A stretch of 64,000 bases of DNA, from assembly GCA_963675755.2 (NCBI GenBank), contig CAXXMD010000002.1, forward strand, positions 2,272,001 to 2,336,000, read 5' to 3'. Shown here in pieces: positions 29,606 to 40,049 of the stretch. The first letter of the stretch is position 1. Each line of letters opens with the position of its first letter. Under the pieces are notes generated by a model. The model was not told the origin of the DNA. It saw only the letters and a program-made list of their open reading frames with translations, and did not search any database. A program made the translations under genes and the position numbers. The stretch comes from a bacterium (GTDB lineage Bacteria > Zhuqueibacterota > Zhuqueibacteria > Residuimicrobiales > Krinioviventaceae).

Positions 29606-29977
29606 TTTAAAAATTGTATCCCTAATATTAACAGTTTCCATTTGAGTCATGACAAAAGCGAAATGACCCGAATGCTTCTGACTGTTTTTCCCAGGCATGG
29701 TCCCTATATTTTGATATAGCCAAACACTCTCTGTTCCTTTGAAAAGATTCTGGTTGAATTAACTTTTCAAAGAGTGGACAAAGCAGTTAAATATTCTATG
29801 GGAAAAAGTGGCATCATTTACATGAACAATTTCACACCGGTGTTTATTAGTTTTGTACAAGCTGTAATTATGGCATTGGGCATTGATCATACTGGTTTTG
29901 ATATTGCAATAATTGATAATCATTTATATATTCTTGAGTTCAACATAAGATTTGGAATCCGGTGTTTTGTAAAATAA
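29606..29977 (+). pseudogene. Degraded RimK-like ATP-grasp gene
   Basis: Fragment IPNINSFHLSHDKSEMTR...P.HGPY then a stop; second fragment KYSMGKSG...LGIDHTGFDIAIIDNHLYILEFN. The middle appears deleted. Confidence 0.6.
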
Positions 29978-30105
29978 GGTGTTCCATTGCATCAACACAT
30001 TTATGACTATCTTCTTGAACAGACATACCAATTGGATTGCTATCAACAATAACCGCAGTTCTTTATATTTATCTCCTGTTTCCCATTTGAATTGAAAGGA
30101 AAAAA

Positions 30106-30786
30106 ATGAAAAAATATATAATCTGGCTAATAATATGTTTTGCTGGCAGCCTGGCTGCGCAAAATCTCCAAGTCCATTACGATTTTGGCAAAGATCGTGA
30201 ATATGTGACAACCACGCTGGAAATGTTCAAACCCGATGAATATGGCGCTACATTTTTCTTTGTTGATATGGATTATGATTACCCCGGTAACCAAAGCATG
30301 TCTATGGGATATTGGGAATTTGCCCGATATATCAACCTGCCATTTGTACCAGGACTTTCAGCTACTGTTCAATATAATGATGGAGTTATGGCAATACCGG
30401 ACGATGAAGGCTCAACATTCGCAATTCCATTGGGGCATGCGTGGCTTGCCGGCCTCACGTATCCTATTGACCTGAAATTCATCACCCTCAATACAGAACT
30501 GCTTTACCGGTATCAATGGGGATCTGACAATCCGGATATGCAGATCACATTTGTCTGGTTTAAATCTTTATTTAATGATAAAATTCATTTCACCGGTTAT
30601 TGGGATATCTGGACTCAGGACGACTTTTCAGGAGAAAAACAAACCATCATACAAACCGAACCCCAACTCTGGTATATTCTGGGTAAACATCTGGCAATTG
30701 GCAGCGAGGTTGAAATCAGTAAAAACTTTTTGCCATATGAAGGATGGCAGTTTATGCCGACTTGCGGACTGAAATGGGAATTTTAA
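30106..30786 (+). CDS. DUF5020 / Tsx-like outer-membrane nucleoside channel
   Basis: Signal peptide, QNLQVHYDFG, TTTLEMFKPD.YG.TFFFVD, EPQLWY, terminal Phe; adjacent to NCS2 permease. Confidence 0.8.
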   Translation: MKKYIIWLIICFAGSLAAQNLQVHYDFGKDREYVTTTLEMFKPDEYGATFFFVDMDYDYPGNQSMSMGYWEFARYINLPFVPGLSATVQYNDGVMAIPDDEGSTFAIPLGHAWLAGLTYPIDLKFITLNTELLYRYQWGSDNPDMQITFVWFKSLFNDKIHFTGYWDIWTQDDFSGEKQTIIQTEPQLWYILGKHLAIGSEVEISKNFLPYEGWQFMPTCGLKWEF

Positions 30787-30801
30787 AAAGAGGGAAATGA
30801 C

Positions 30802-32119
30802 ATGCTGAGTATTTTCGATCTTGAAAAGAACGGCACCACAATTAAAACTGAAATCATTGCCGGTATAACTTCTTTTCTGGCAACTATGTACATAATCGTT
30901 GTTAATCCCGCAATGATAAGCGAAACAGGGATGCCCTTTAGTGCGGTATTGACAGCAACCGTGCTGGTTAGCGCATTCAGTAGTATAATGATGGGTATTT
31001 ATGCCAATAACCCGATAGTATTGGCACCAGGCATGGGTATTAATGCATTTTTCACATTTTCAGTTGTGCTGGGCATGGGTATTCCTTGGGAAACTGCATT
31101 GGGTGCTACCTTTTGGTCTGGTATTATTTTTCTATTGTTGTCCATATTCAATATTCGCACAATGATTGTAAAGGCAATCCCCAAACAGATACGATATGCC
31201 GTTGCGGCAGGTATTGGTCTATTTATAACAATCATTGGATTTTTCAATGCAAAATTTATCATCGCAAATCCCGCTACCGTTATTGGAATGAACAGCATGA
31301 ATGCAATTACCTGGACCTTTATTGCAGGTCTGTTTATTACTTCCTTGCTCATAGCCAAAAGAGTACATGGTGCGTTAATTTTTGGAATAGCCGCAACAAC
31401 CCTGCTCGCCTGGCCCATTGGCAGATTCTGGGGAGACGCAACTGAATTATTTGGTTCCAGAACACTGGTAGCCTGGCAGGGAATTTGGGCCGCACCGGAT
31501 TTCAGCCTGCTGTTGAAAATGGATCTTTTACATTCCTTACAATTGGCCATGTTTCCTGTAATATTTGCCTTTTTGTTTACAGACATGTTTGACAGTCTTT
31601 CAACTTTTATTGGAGTGGCCGAGGCCGCGGATATTACGGATGAAAATGGCGAACCGCGCAATATCAAGCAATCCCTCATTGTGGATGCATTGTCAACAAC
31701 CGTTTCAGGTATAACAGGCACCAGTGCCGGCACAAGCTATATTGAATCTGCAGCAGGTATTGAAGAAGGCGGACGTACAGGCCTCACTGCAATTGTTGCA
31801 GGCCTGCTTTTCATTCCGTTCATGTTTTTCTCACCATTACTCTCTGTTGTACCTTCAATTGCAACTGCACCTGCATTGGTTCTGGTTGGGGTTTTTATGA
31901 TGAATCCGGTTTAAACGGATCAACTGGTCAAAATTCGACGACGCCATCCCCGCGTTTCTGGCTATGATATTAATTCCCCTTACTTATTCGATCTCGCAGG
32001 GAATTATATGGGGATTTCTGAGCTGGACCGTTCTAAAAATGGTAACAGGTAAAGTCAAACAGATCCCTCCCATGCTGTATGTAATCGACCTGTTTTCTAT
32101 TGCCGCACTTTTGGTATAA
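30802..32119 (+). pseudogene. NCS2/AzgA purine permease split by a +1 frameshift near 31912
   Basis: AzgA motifs (TMYIIVVNP, APGMGINAFF, YIESAAG..EGGRTGL) end at GTT-TAA; the next frame continues KRINWSKFDDAIPAFLAMILIPLTYSISQG...LLV to TAA at 32117-32119. Confidence 0.85.
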
Positions 32120-32220
32120 TTCTATTCTGTTTATTAACGCTTCAATTTTATTGGAAAGATTTTTCAATATAATTTGTTGCAATACAAAACAGTTAACCAG
32201 AAAATTGAAAAGGATCTAAA

Positions 32221-32649
32221 ATGTCAGAACAGTATCTGGAAGTGACGCAGGAAGCAGGAGCAGCTTTATTCAAAAGAAATATAACAGGAAAAATCGTTAT
32301 GCTCAATCTGCTGCGATTTAGAAATGTAGCAGATTATTCAGCAAATCCCGAGCTTGAACCGGAAGCGCCAATAACCGGCGCAGAAGCATTTCAAAAATAT
32401 ATTGATCATACTACACCTTATCTGCAAGAAACCGATGGAGAGTTGATTTTTCTGGGTAAAGGCGGTAGCTTTTTAATTGGCCCGCAGGATGAAACATGGG
32501 ACCTGGTTATGCTGGTCCGTCAGAACTCACTTGCTGATTTTATGGCTTTCTCATCTCACAAGGAATATCTGGCAGGACTGGGACACCGTACTGCTGCAAT
32601 TATAGACTCCAGATTGTTGCCCATTGTAGAGTCAGACTCGGCAATATAA
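32221..32649 (+). CDS. DUF1330-like dimeric alpha/beta barrel protein
   Basis: MLNLLRFR..ADY, GAEAFQKY, WDLVMLV, HRTAA..DSRL motifs. Confidence 0.8.
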   Translation: MSEQYLEVTQEAGAALFKRNITGKIVMLNLLRFRNVADYSANPELEPEAPITGAEAFQKYIDHTTPYLQETDGELIFLGKGGSFLIGPQDETWDLVMLVRQNSLADFMAFSSHKEYLAGLGHRTAAIIDSRLLPIVESDSAI

Positions 32650-32677
32650 AATGTGTACTTAATTCAGGACATTTGTT

Positions 32678-33493
32678 ATGGATAACAAAACACAATCATC
32701 TTTACATAAAGGAACAGTAATCTATTTTTCTCATGGCGGCGGTCCCCTCCCTATTCTGGGTGACAAAAGCCACCAGGCCATGAACACATTCATGGAACAG
32801 TTACCAGCTACTTTTCCCGAACCGGAGGCAGTTATCGTTATCAGTGCCCACTGGGAAGAAAAGGTACCCACCCTGTTAGGGCACCCCTCTCCTGAAATGT
32901 TTTATGATTATTATGGCTTTCCACCGGAAGCGTATAAAATCCAATATCCAGCACCGGGCAATCGTGAACTGGCAGCAAAGATCCGTAATCTTTTATCGGA
33001 TGCTGATATTGAAAGCCAAATCGATCCTAAACGGGGTTTTGACCATGGATTGTTCATTCCCATGAAAATGATGTACCCCAAAGCAGATATTTCCATGCTG
33101 CAGCTTTCACTCATCAGGGGCCTTGATCCGGTCGCACATATTGAGTTGGGTAAAGCACTTAGACCGCTCTTGGATGAAAACATTCTGATTATTGGCTCTG
33201 GTTTTTCCTTCCACAATATGCAGGCATTTGATTGGAGTGGTTCCAACACCGGAGATCCTCAAAATGATGCTTTTCAAAACTGGCTCATAGAGGTATGCTC
33301 AACCCAATATGATTCTCAAACTTCTGTGTCAAAGATGCAGCAATGGGCAATGGCACCCTCTGCAAGATATTGCCATCCCCGTGAAGAGCATTTATTGCCG
33401 TTACATGTCTGTTTTGGTTTAACTGAACATGCTGCATCGGTAGTCTTTGATGATTATATTCTCGGGAAACGCGCTGTCGCATTCAATTGGTAA
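32678..33493 (+). CDS. LigB-type (DODA/YgiD) extradiol dioxygenase
   Basis: SHGGGP, ISAHWE, YDYYGFP, RGFDHG, GSGFSFHN, HPREEHLLPL. Confidence 0.92.
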   Translation: MDNKTQSSLHKGTVIYFSHGGGPLPILGDKSHQAMNTFMEQLPATFPEPEAVIVISAHWEEKVPTLLGHPSPEMFYDYYGFPPEAYKIQYPAPGNRELAAKIRNLLSDADIESQIDPKRGFDHGLFIPMKMMYPKADISMLQLSLIRGLDPVAHIELGKALRPLLDENILIIGSGFSFHNMQAFDWSGSNTGDPQNDAFQNWLIEVCSTQYDSQTSVSKMQQWAMAPSARYCHPREEHLLPLHVCFGLTEHAASVVFDDYILGKRAVAFNW

Positions 33494-33688
33494 ATTCAGT
33501 AGTAAAGGAATTTATTAAATAAATCCCAATTATTCGTACAGAATTTCAAAATTTATTTTTCAAATTAATATTTGAATCCTACCATATTTTACAATATATT
33601 ACATTTCATCAACTCGTAGATATCTTGGCAATTTATTCCACATACTAGTGAATTGCCAAGCGCATCGTTCCCTTCGAAGGAGTGTTAT

Positions 33689-35614
33689 ATGAAAAAAATT
33701 TCTATTTTTATCATCACTTTGGTTATGGTTTCCAATCTTTTTTCGGGCACCATAAAAATCGATATGGTTCAAAAAGCTGAGCCCATATCTCCATATATTT
33801 ATGGTCAGTTTATTGAACACCTGGGTAAATGTATCTATGGCGGCATTTGGGCAGAAATGTTGCTTGACCGCAAGTTTTATTATCCTGTAACAGACGACTT
33901 TAATCCCTGGGGCACAGCGGATGATCCCTTTTGGCGTGCTGGAGATTTTAAACATTTAGCGGGATCTCCCTGGCAGGTTATTGGCCCCAAAGGTTCGGTT
34001 ACTATGGATACCCAAAATCCCTACACGGGTGAACACACACCGATCATCAAACTAGCGGACAATGGCACGTTTACCGGTATACGACAGGGTGGATTGGAAC
34101 TCGTCAGAGACAAACACTATACCGGCCGCATTGTTCTTTCAGGTGATGCCTCTGCCGCACCTGTTATTGTGCGTTTGACCTCTAAACAGAATACAATGGT
34201 TATTGCAGAGATTACCACACTCTCGGCTGATTATCAAACCTATCCTGTCGAGTTTACTTCCGGCATCAGATCCAATGATATCAGCATTGAAATTGTTAGT
34301 AAAGGTAAAGGTGAATTTCGTATAGGAACGCTCTCACTCATGCCGGCAGACAATATCAAAGGATGGCGCAAAGACGTAGTTGCACTGTTAAAAGAACTGG
34401 ATTCACCGGTTTATCGCTGGCCCGGTGGTAACTTTGTAAGTGGTTACAACTGGCGTGACGGTATTGGAGAGCGAGATAAACGTCCCCCACGGAAAAATCC
34501 TGCATGGAAAGGTGTAGAACATAACGATGTTGGCATTCATGAATATATGGAATTGATGCAGATCATTGATTCTGAACCTTTTGTTGCAGTTAATACCGGA
34601 TTAGGCACAGTTGAAGAAGTCGCGGAAGAAGTGGAATACTTTTTGGGTTCTGTAGATACTCCCATGGGAAAACTGCGTGCGGCAAACGGACACACCGAAC
34701 CCTGGCATGTTGATTTCTGGGCCGTAGGAAATGAGATGTTTGGCAGCTGGCAGCTGGGGCATATGCCGCTATCCGAGTATGTAAAAAAACACAATGAAAT
34801 GGCCAAAGCCATGTGGGCGGTAAATCCGGATATTCAGCTCATTGGTGTGGGCGAAGTTGGTGAATGGAGCGAAATGATGCTCAAAGAATGTGCCGACTAT
34901 ATGAACCTCATCAGCGAGCACATCTATTGCAAAGAGATTGATGATGTTCCTGAACACGTGGCACAGCTCAAGAACGACATCCTGAAAAGGGCCAACGCCC
35001 ATCGTAAATACCGCAAGGAAATCAATGGCCTGGCCGAAAAAGACATCCGTATTGCTATGGATGAGTGGAATTTCTGGTATGGCGATTATATTTATGGCGA
35101 ACTTGGTGTGCGCTATCATTTAAAAGACGCGCTTGGTGTAGCAATGGGACTGCACGAGTATTTCCGTAACAGCGATCTCTATTTTATGGCCAACTATGCC
35201 CAGACCGTGAATGTGATTGGCTGTATCAAAACCACGCCTACCACATCCGGATTTGCAACCACAGGTTTGCCATTAAAACTGTATCGTAAACAGTTTGGCA
35301 CCCTGCCGCTAACCATTTCCGGTGATACCGGAGCGATGGATATTTCCGCGGCTCTGACAGAAGATTCAAGTGCTTTAACCGTTGCGGTAGTGAATCCCAC
35401 TGACAATGCTGAAAAAGTAACGTTGGATCTGGGTGGAACAAAACTTACATCTGCATGTAAATCATGGACAATTCGCCATGATGATCCCAATGCTTACAAC
35501 GTACCGGGATTCTCCCCCGCCGTTTCTATTCAGGAAAGCGATCAGACCCTCAAGAACAACACCCTGATTGTTCCCGGATATGCAATTGTGTTATATCGGT
35601 TCGAATTAAAATAG
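33689..35614 (+). CDS. GH51 alpha-L-arabinofuranosidase, secreted
   Basis: YGQFIEHLG..IYGG, RWPGGNF, VGNEMFG, MDEWN, MANYAQTVNV; signal peptide from MKKIS. Confidence 0.92.
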   Translation: MKKISIFIITLVMVSNLFSGTIKIDMVQKAEPISPYIYGQFIEHLGKCIYGGIWAEMLLDRKFYYPVTDDFNPWGTADDPFWRAGDFKHLAGSPWQVIGPKGSVTMDTQNPYTGEHTPIIKLADNGTFTGIRQGGLELVRDKHYTGRIVLSGDASAAPVIVRLTSKQNTMVIAEITTLSADYQTYPVEFTSGIRSNDISIEIVSKGKGEFRIGTLSLMPADNIKGWRKDVVALLKELDSPVYRWPGGNFVSGYNWRDGIGERDKRPPRKNPAWKGVEHNDVGIHEYMELMQIIDSEPFVAVNTGLGTVEEVAEEVEYFLGSVDTPMGKLRAANGHTEPWHVDFWAVGNEMFGSWQLGHMPLSEYVKKHNEMAKAMWAVNPDIQLIGVGEVGEWSEMMLKECADYMNLISEHIYCKEIDDVPEHVAQLKNDILKRANAHRKYRKEINGLAEKDIRIAMDEWNFWYGDYIYGELGVRYHLKDALGVAMGLHEYFRNSDLYFMANYAQTVNVIGCIKTTPTTSGFATTGLPLKLYRKQFGTLPLTISGDTGAMDISAALTEDSSALTVAVVNPTDNAEKVTLDLGGTKLTSACKSWTIRHDDPNAYNVPGFSPAVSIQESDQTLKNNTLIVPGYAIVLYRFELK

Positions 35615-35620
35615 ATTTAT

Positions 35621-35654
35621 TAGCTGACAGCTATTCGCTTCCAGCTGTCAGCTA
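35621..35654. terminator. Hairpin after GH51 gene
   Basis: TAGCTGACAGCT ... AGCTGTCAGCTA 12-bp perfect stem. Confidence 0.65.
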
Positions 35655-35732
35655 TAAAACTGTTTGCAATGCAGATCCCTATACCGGGGGATATTTAAAT
35701 TAAATGATTAAAGCAAGTTAATCACTTGTAAT

Positions 35733-35797
35733 CCCGATCGCGATGCAGATCCCTGCATCGCGGAATATTATAATGGGACATTTGTCCCGTTTTTCAT
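35733..35797. repeat. Repeat family B, copy 1 (CGCGATGCAG-N4-CTGCATCGCG plus GGGACA-TT-TGTCCC)
   Basis: About 65-bp unit nearly identical to 35958-36022. Confidence 0.85.
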
Positions 35798-35877
35798 TTA
35801 TACAACATTATAAATTAACCAAGGGGCAACACTGATCTTAACGGATTCCCCTTACAAGCCCCTCATTATACGTCGTT

Positions 35878-35947
35878 AAAACCGGTTCCTGAGTTCGAGT
35901 ACGTCCATCACTGGATGGACGTACGAGAGTATCGAAGGACCGGTTTT
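35878..35947. repeat. Structured repeat family A, copy 2
   Basis: AAAACCGGTTCC-TGAGT-TCGA-GTACGTCCATC actg GATGGACGTAC-GAGA-GTATCGAA-GGACCGGTTTT. Confidence 0.8.
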
Positions 35948-35957
35948 GATCTAAAAC

Positions 35958-36022
35958 CCCGATCGCGATGCAGATACCTGCATCGCGGAATATTATTAAG
36001 GGACATTTGTCCCGTTATTCAT
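35958..36022. repeat. Repeat family B, copy 2
   Basis: CCCGATCGCGATGCAG-ATAC-CTGCATCGCGGAATATTA...GGGACATTTGTCCCGTT.TTCAT. Confidence 0.85.
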
Positions 36023-36064
36023 GTTTTGATTTTCCCCCTGATTCTTTCAGCGCTGCTCTATAAT

Positions 36065-36457
36065 TTAATTAAAATCACCCAACTTGCGAACAATCCATCC
36101 CGCTACAAACACCTCAAGCAGGCTCAAAGGAATTGCAAATACCAAAAGCCCATAGGGCAAAACATTCAGATTGCCAATGACAACCCACATGAGCACAAAT
36201 CCCGCAAACCACACAAGCAGACAGGATTGCACATAACTGAACTTCTTTGCAAGGATAAATATCAATACTGCCAGCAGCAACGACCATAATCCCCAAACCG
36301 CACCATTAACCGGAGCAGACGGAAAAACAATCCCCAATTTTTCATAATGCTCAATCCAATAGGATTTAAACAGCAGTTCATTACGAACAAATTCGGATAC
36401 TGTGATCCAGAGAAATGCCAGAAACACCGGAAGTATTGTCAATTTTAATATTTTCAT
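36065..36457 (-). CDS. Four-TM hypothetical membrane protein
   Basis: Hydrophobic ORF with RBS GGAGA; SEFVRNE..K.YW, FPS.P.NG.VWG pattern. Confidence 0.75.
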   Translation of the reverse strand: MKILKLTILPVFLAFLWITVSEFVRNELLFKSYWIEHYEKLGIVFPSAPVNGAVWGLWSLLLAVLIFILAKKFSYVQSCLLVWFAGFVLMWVVIGNLNVLPYGLLVFAIPLSLLEVFVAGWIVRKLGDFN

Positions 36458-36516
36458 TTCATCTCCTACTCATTATAGATCATAAGAAATTAAAACCCAA
36501 GGTCGTATCTGTAAAA

Positions 36517-36545
36517 TTGACCGGCACTTGATAAGTGCCGGTCAA
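36517..36545. repeat. REP-like palindrome
   Basis: TTGACCGGCACTT-gat-AAGTGCCGGTCAA, 13-bp perfect stem with no T-tract. Confidence 0.65.
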
Positions 36546-36567
36546 CTGAAAATAAACGTATATTAAT

Positions 36568-38304
36568 TCAGCTTGTCATCAACTTTAACTGATAAGCCAC
36601 CATCTCTTGTCCATTACGTACCAGCAGTTTGTCTTTAACCACAACCGGATGGTTCCAGGTTTTGCCCTCAATAGCAGGGAATTTGACCAGTTCATGAAAT
36701 CCTTCCGGTACTGCTCGTACCAGCGCAAGCTCGCCTTTTTCTGACAACACAATCATTAAATCCTGCTCGTCCAAAAGGATAAACTGTCCCCGGCCATAAC
36801 GGCCGCCCTTCCACAGGCGCTCACCGGACTTCAAATCCACACAGGTAAGCCCATTTCCATGAAAACCATAGGCATAATCCTGATGAATAACAGAATCATT
36901 AAAATAGGGATTAATCCGCTTCGAGCTCCATTTTTCATTAACGGTCCACTTTCCATTCTCCTGCGCAACGGTTATACATTGAACCCCATTCCGATCATCC
37001 ACACTAATGAGCATTTCACCATCATCTATCAGTGTAGGCTGCACTATGGGATGTCCCTCCCAGGCATGCTGCCAAAGGATATTGCCTTGATCAGGAGTCA
37101 CACTCCTGATCCCTGCTTCATTTAAAAACAGGATCTGTTCAACACCATCAATCTTTGTATAATGCGGAGAGCTGTAACAATCTCCACCGGCATTCAAATT
37201 CCAAATCAGGTCCCCGGTTTCCAGCGTGTAGGCAACAAGAGAACCTGCCGCCGCAACTATAACCTTATCATCAAGCACAAGCGGAGAGGCAGAAAAACCC
37301 CACATGGGAACCTTTGTTTCCGTATCTTTTCCAATATCTCGTGACCATATCACGGATCCGTCCCGCTCATCCAAAACATTCAAAATCCCGGTTGCGCCCA
37401 AAGCATAAACGCGTCCGTTCTCAAGGGTGGGCGTCCCACGTGGACCCGCACCACCATTTGACTCCCAGAAACGGGTTTCATCACTGTGCATCCATAAAGG
37501 TTCACCGGTTTTCAAATCATAACACGCAACGATTTCATCATCGCCACGCTGTTCCTGTGTAAAGAAAAGATTGCCGTGGACTGAAAAAGAAGACCAACCC
37601 GGACCAACAGCTCGTCGCCAGATCTCCTGCGGTGGTGTAACTGACCAACTCGAATCGATAACAACATCGTGCACAATGCCGTTACGTGCTGATCCTCTAA
37701 AGCCTGGCCATTCGGGTTGTAATGTCGAATCAACATCTACAATTTGATGCGGCAACTCTGTTTGGGGATCTACTTTCGCAACCAGTTGTTCTTCAGGACT
37801 TGAAATCCATCGCCAGCTAAAATCAATATGCAAATCGGCAGTTATGCCACCGGTACGCAAAAGCGCCCAGTATCCACAAGCCAGCAAAACCGCAACAACC
37901 ATAGTGATCCGTTTAACAGGTACAGGAAATCGCTGAGAAATTACAGCCCAGATGACAAACAATAAACTTACAAGAGGCGTTGCGTAAACAACAAACATCA
38001 AACCCATCATGCCGTTTGCAATGGATTCATGTAAGACAAGAGGCGTTGCCGCCATGGCCGCAATAATTAACAAAACGCCCAACCAGCGATCTGTTCTAGG
38101 TGCCCGGCTGAAAAACGCCCACCAGAGCACAACAACCAATCCCAAAATCAATCCACCAAATACGGCAACTGCCAGTGCGGCAGGCACAATAATGGGTAAA
38201 GCATATCGGATAAACCATTGTAAAATCACAATCACAATACCGGGCCATAAACGCAAAGATTTTTGATCGGAATTACTAACTTTACTTTTCCTTTGCTTAA
38301 ACAT
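36568..38304 (-). CDS. PQQ-like (BamB-type) beta-propeller protein with N-terminal TM domain
   Basis: About 5 TM helices, then WPGFRG, repeated D.KTGE..W blades, TWNHPV. Confidence 0.85.
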   Translation of the reverse strand: MFKQRKSKVSNSDQKSLRLWPGIVIVILQWFIRYALPIIVPAALAVAVFGGLILGLVVVLWWAFFSRAPRTDRWLGVLLIIAAMAATPLVLHESIANGMMGLMFVVYATPLVSLLFVIWAVISQRFPVPVKRITMVVAVLLACGYWALLRTGGITADLHIDFSWRWISSPEEQLVAKVDPQTELPHQIVDVDSTLQPEWPGFRGSARNGIVHDVVIDSSWSVTPPQEIWRRAVGPGWSSFSVHGNLFFTQEQRGDDEIVACYDLKTGEPLWMHSDETRFWESNGGAGPRGTPTLENGRVYALGATGILNVLDERDGSVIWSRDIGKDTETKVPMWGFSASPLVLDDKVIVAAAGSLVAYTLETGDLIWNLNAGGDCYSSPHYTKIDGVEQILFLNEAGIRSVTPDQGNILWQHAWEGHPIVQPTLIDDGEMLISVDDRNGVQCITVAQENGKWTVNEKWSSKRINPYFNDSVIHQDYAYGFHGNGLTCVDLKSGERLWKGGRYGRGQFILLDEQDLMIVLSEKGELALVRAVPEGFHELVKFPAIEGKTWNHPVVVKDKLLVRNGQEMVAYQLKLMTS

Positions 38305-38357
38305 CTACTACTCCTGTATAATGTAGAAACACAAAAATTTTGAACCGGAACAAGAGA

Positions 38358-39041
38358 TCAATTGCTCGCAGGTTCTTTAACACCTTTAATTAATAACCAT
38401 AAAGTTAATGAAAACTCGGCAATGACTGCAGGAACAGCCACAAACCAGGCAAACAGCGTTTCATTACCCGGCAAAAGAAAATCACCAAAACTTTCAGTCA
38501 AATATCCAAATGCGGCTATAATCATAAATACACCAAATATTGACGGAAACAAATTCGATTTGTACAATAAATATCCCAGTAAAAACAAATGAACACCAAA
38601 AAACGCCCCGCCCAATAAATAACCATATCCGTGTAAATCCAGAAACAGCATTGCAAGCCCATTCAACTGTTCCTGTCCAAAACCGGACAAATACGCGGAA
38701 CCACTCAACAAAGGCAGTACAACAAAATGATTTAGCAGGTTCACCGCGGCAATTGCAGGATGCGCCAGCAATCTGAATGCAGCAGCAACCAAAGCGATGG
38801 TTTTACCTGCGGGTTTCAACAGTACATAAAACAACATGGCAATTGCAGCATCACACATGAATGCAATTAAATCTGTGGCAAATCCAAGGCGAAACAATCC
38901 CTCAGAAGCCATTATATTATTAGCTGTAGCAGCAGCATCGCCCGACACTATCAAATTTGAACGGACAAATCCCTCACTGAATCCAGCCAGAATAATAACC
39001 ATCAAATATAAAACACCCGTAACTCTTGCTGTCTTTTTCAT
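38358..39041 (-). CDS. DUF4386 membrane protein
   Basis: AR.TG.LYL, GDAAATA.NI, FFG.H..LLGYL..KS..FP, EF...LWLLIKG. Confidence 0.85.
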   Translation of the reverse strand: MKKTARVTGVLYLMVIILAGFSEGFVRSNLIVSGDAAATANNIMASEGLFRLGFATDLIAFMCDAAIAMLFYVLLKPAGKTIALVAAAFRLLAHPAIAAVNLLNHFVVLPLLSGSAYLSGFGQEQLNGLAMLFLDLHGYGYLLGGAFFGVHLFLLGYLLYKSNLFPSIFGVFMIIAAFGYLTESFGDFLLPGNETLFAWFVAVPAVIAEFSLTLWLLIKGVKEPASN

Positions 39042-39062
39042 ATAAATATATCCTTAATTTTA

Positions 39063-40049
39063 TCACTTTTGCAAATGGTCAAGGTTAATCAATACACTTC
39101 CCTTTTTATGACCCGCTTCAACATAACGATGTGCTTCTACAATTTCTTCTATGGGATACAACTTGTCGATAACCGACCGGACCTTTTCCTCTTCTATTAA
39201 TTCTTTTAACAATTCAAGGTCTCTTGCTTTATCCCGGGCTTGTCGCATTCCGGTAAAAGCAATTTCGGCTCTTTTACCTTTGCTATTGGAAGTAAAAAGC
39301 ATCTGCATCATGATTGAAAAATTCAATACTGTTGTTAAATAGATCCCCTTATCTGTCAATATTTTTTTGCACTTGAAAAAGGAGCTTTTGCCTACAGTAT
39401 CAAAAACTACATCATAGGTTTTTCCGGCTTTGGTAAAATCTGTTTGGGTATAATCAATCACAGAATCAGCACCAAGCGATTTTACCAGATCAACATTATC
39501 TGTGCTGCAAACACCGGTCACCTCGGCATCATAATAACGTGCAAGCTGAACCGCAAAAGTACCAATAGCTCCGGATGCTCCAATGATTAATATTTTTTGT
39601 CCATGCTGTAATTTTGCATTGTCCCTTAAAAACGGCAAGGCAACCAGGGCTCCGTCACATACAGCCGCAGCCTGGTTAAAATTCATATTTACCGGTTTTT
39701 TCGCAATGGCATCGTTTTCTGCCAGGGATTGAAACTCTACATAAGCACCCATTGTATCGCCGGATGCGCCATAAACCGTATCACCCGGTTTGAATTTTTT
39801 AACATTTTTACCTACTTTGATAACCGTTCCGGCCAATGCATCGCCTAAAATTTGATTTTTGGGTTTGGTCATCCCCAAAATCATTCTTGTATATCTGGGT
39901 ACTCCCTTTCTAAAAATCACATCCGTCGCACTGATTACTACAGAGTGATTACGAATCAAAACCTGACTTTCCCCCGGTATTGGTGTAACAATATCATGCA
40001 ACTCTAATATCTCGGGAGGGCCATATTTTTTATACAATACAGCTTTCAT
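39063..40049 (-). CDS. MDR-family NAD(P)-dependent quinone oxidoreductase/alcohol dehydrogenase
   Basis: MKAVLY..YGPPE, GASGAIG.FAVQLA, SLGAD.VIDY, EAHRYVE.GHKKG. Confidence 0.9.
   Translation of the reverse strand: MKAVLYKKYGPPEILELHDIVTPIPGESQVLIRNHSVVISATDVIFRKGVPRYTRMILGMTKPKNQILGDALAGTVIKVGKNVKKFKPGDTVYGASGDTMGAYVEFQSLAENDAIAKKPVNMNFNQAAAVCDGALVALPFLRDNAKLQHGQKILIIGASGAIGTFAVQLARYYDAEVTGVCSTDNVDLVKSLGADSVIDYTQTDFTKAGKTYDVVFDTVGKSSFFKCKKILTDKGIYLTTVLNFSIMMQMLFTSNSKGKRAEIAFTGMRQARDKARDLELLKELIEEEKVRSVIDKLYPIEEIVEAHRYVEAGHKKGSVLINLDHLQK

Noticed and set aside
29978-30105. Purine riboswitch upstream of the Tsx-like/NCS2 genes
   Set aside because: No TATAAT...GG...TTTCTAC core or three-way junction.
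30999-31733. Long antisense ORFs (also 17671-18225, 27855-28400, 46481-46942, 24231-24713)
   Set aside because: Shadows of well-supported genes with no motifs or RBS.
31910-31916. TTTAAAC -1 slippery heptamer
   Set aside because: Wrong phase, and the permease needs a +1 shift.
35878-35947. Hammerhead ribozyme reading of CTGAG...CGAA
   Set aside because: Lacks CUGANGA and GAAA cores and the third stem; kept only as a structured repeat.
35733-36022. Possible CRISPR array from palindromic direct repeats
   Set aside because: Only two ~65-bp units 225 bp apart, no regular spacers, no cas genes.
36065-40049. Integron cassette array from co-oriented small genes with palindromes
   Set aside because: No RYYYAAC/GTTRRRY attC ends at gene boundaries and no integrase.
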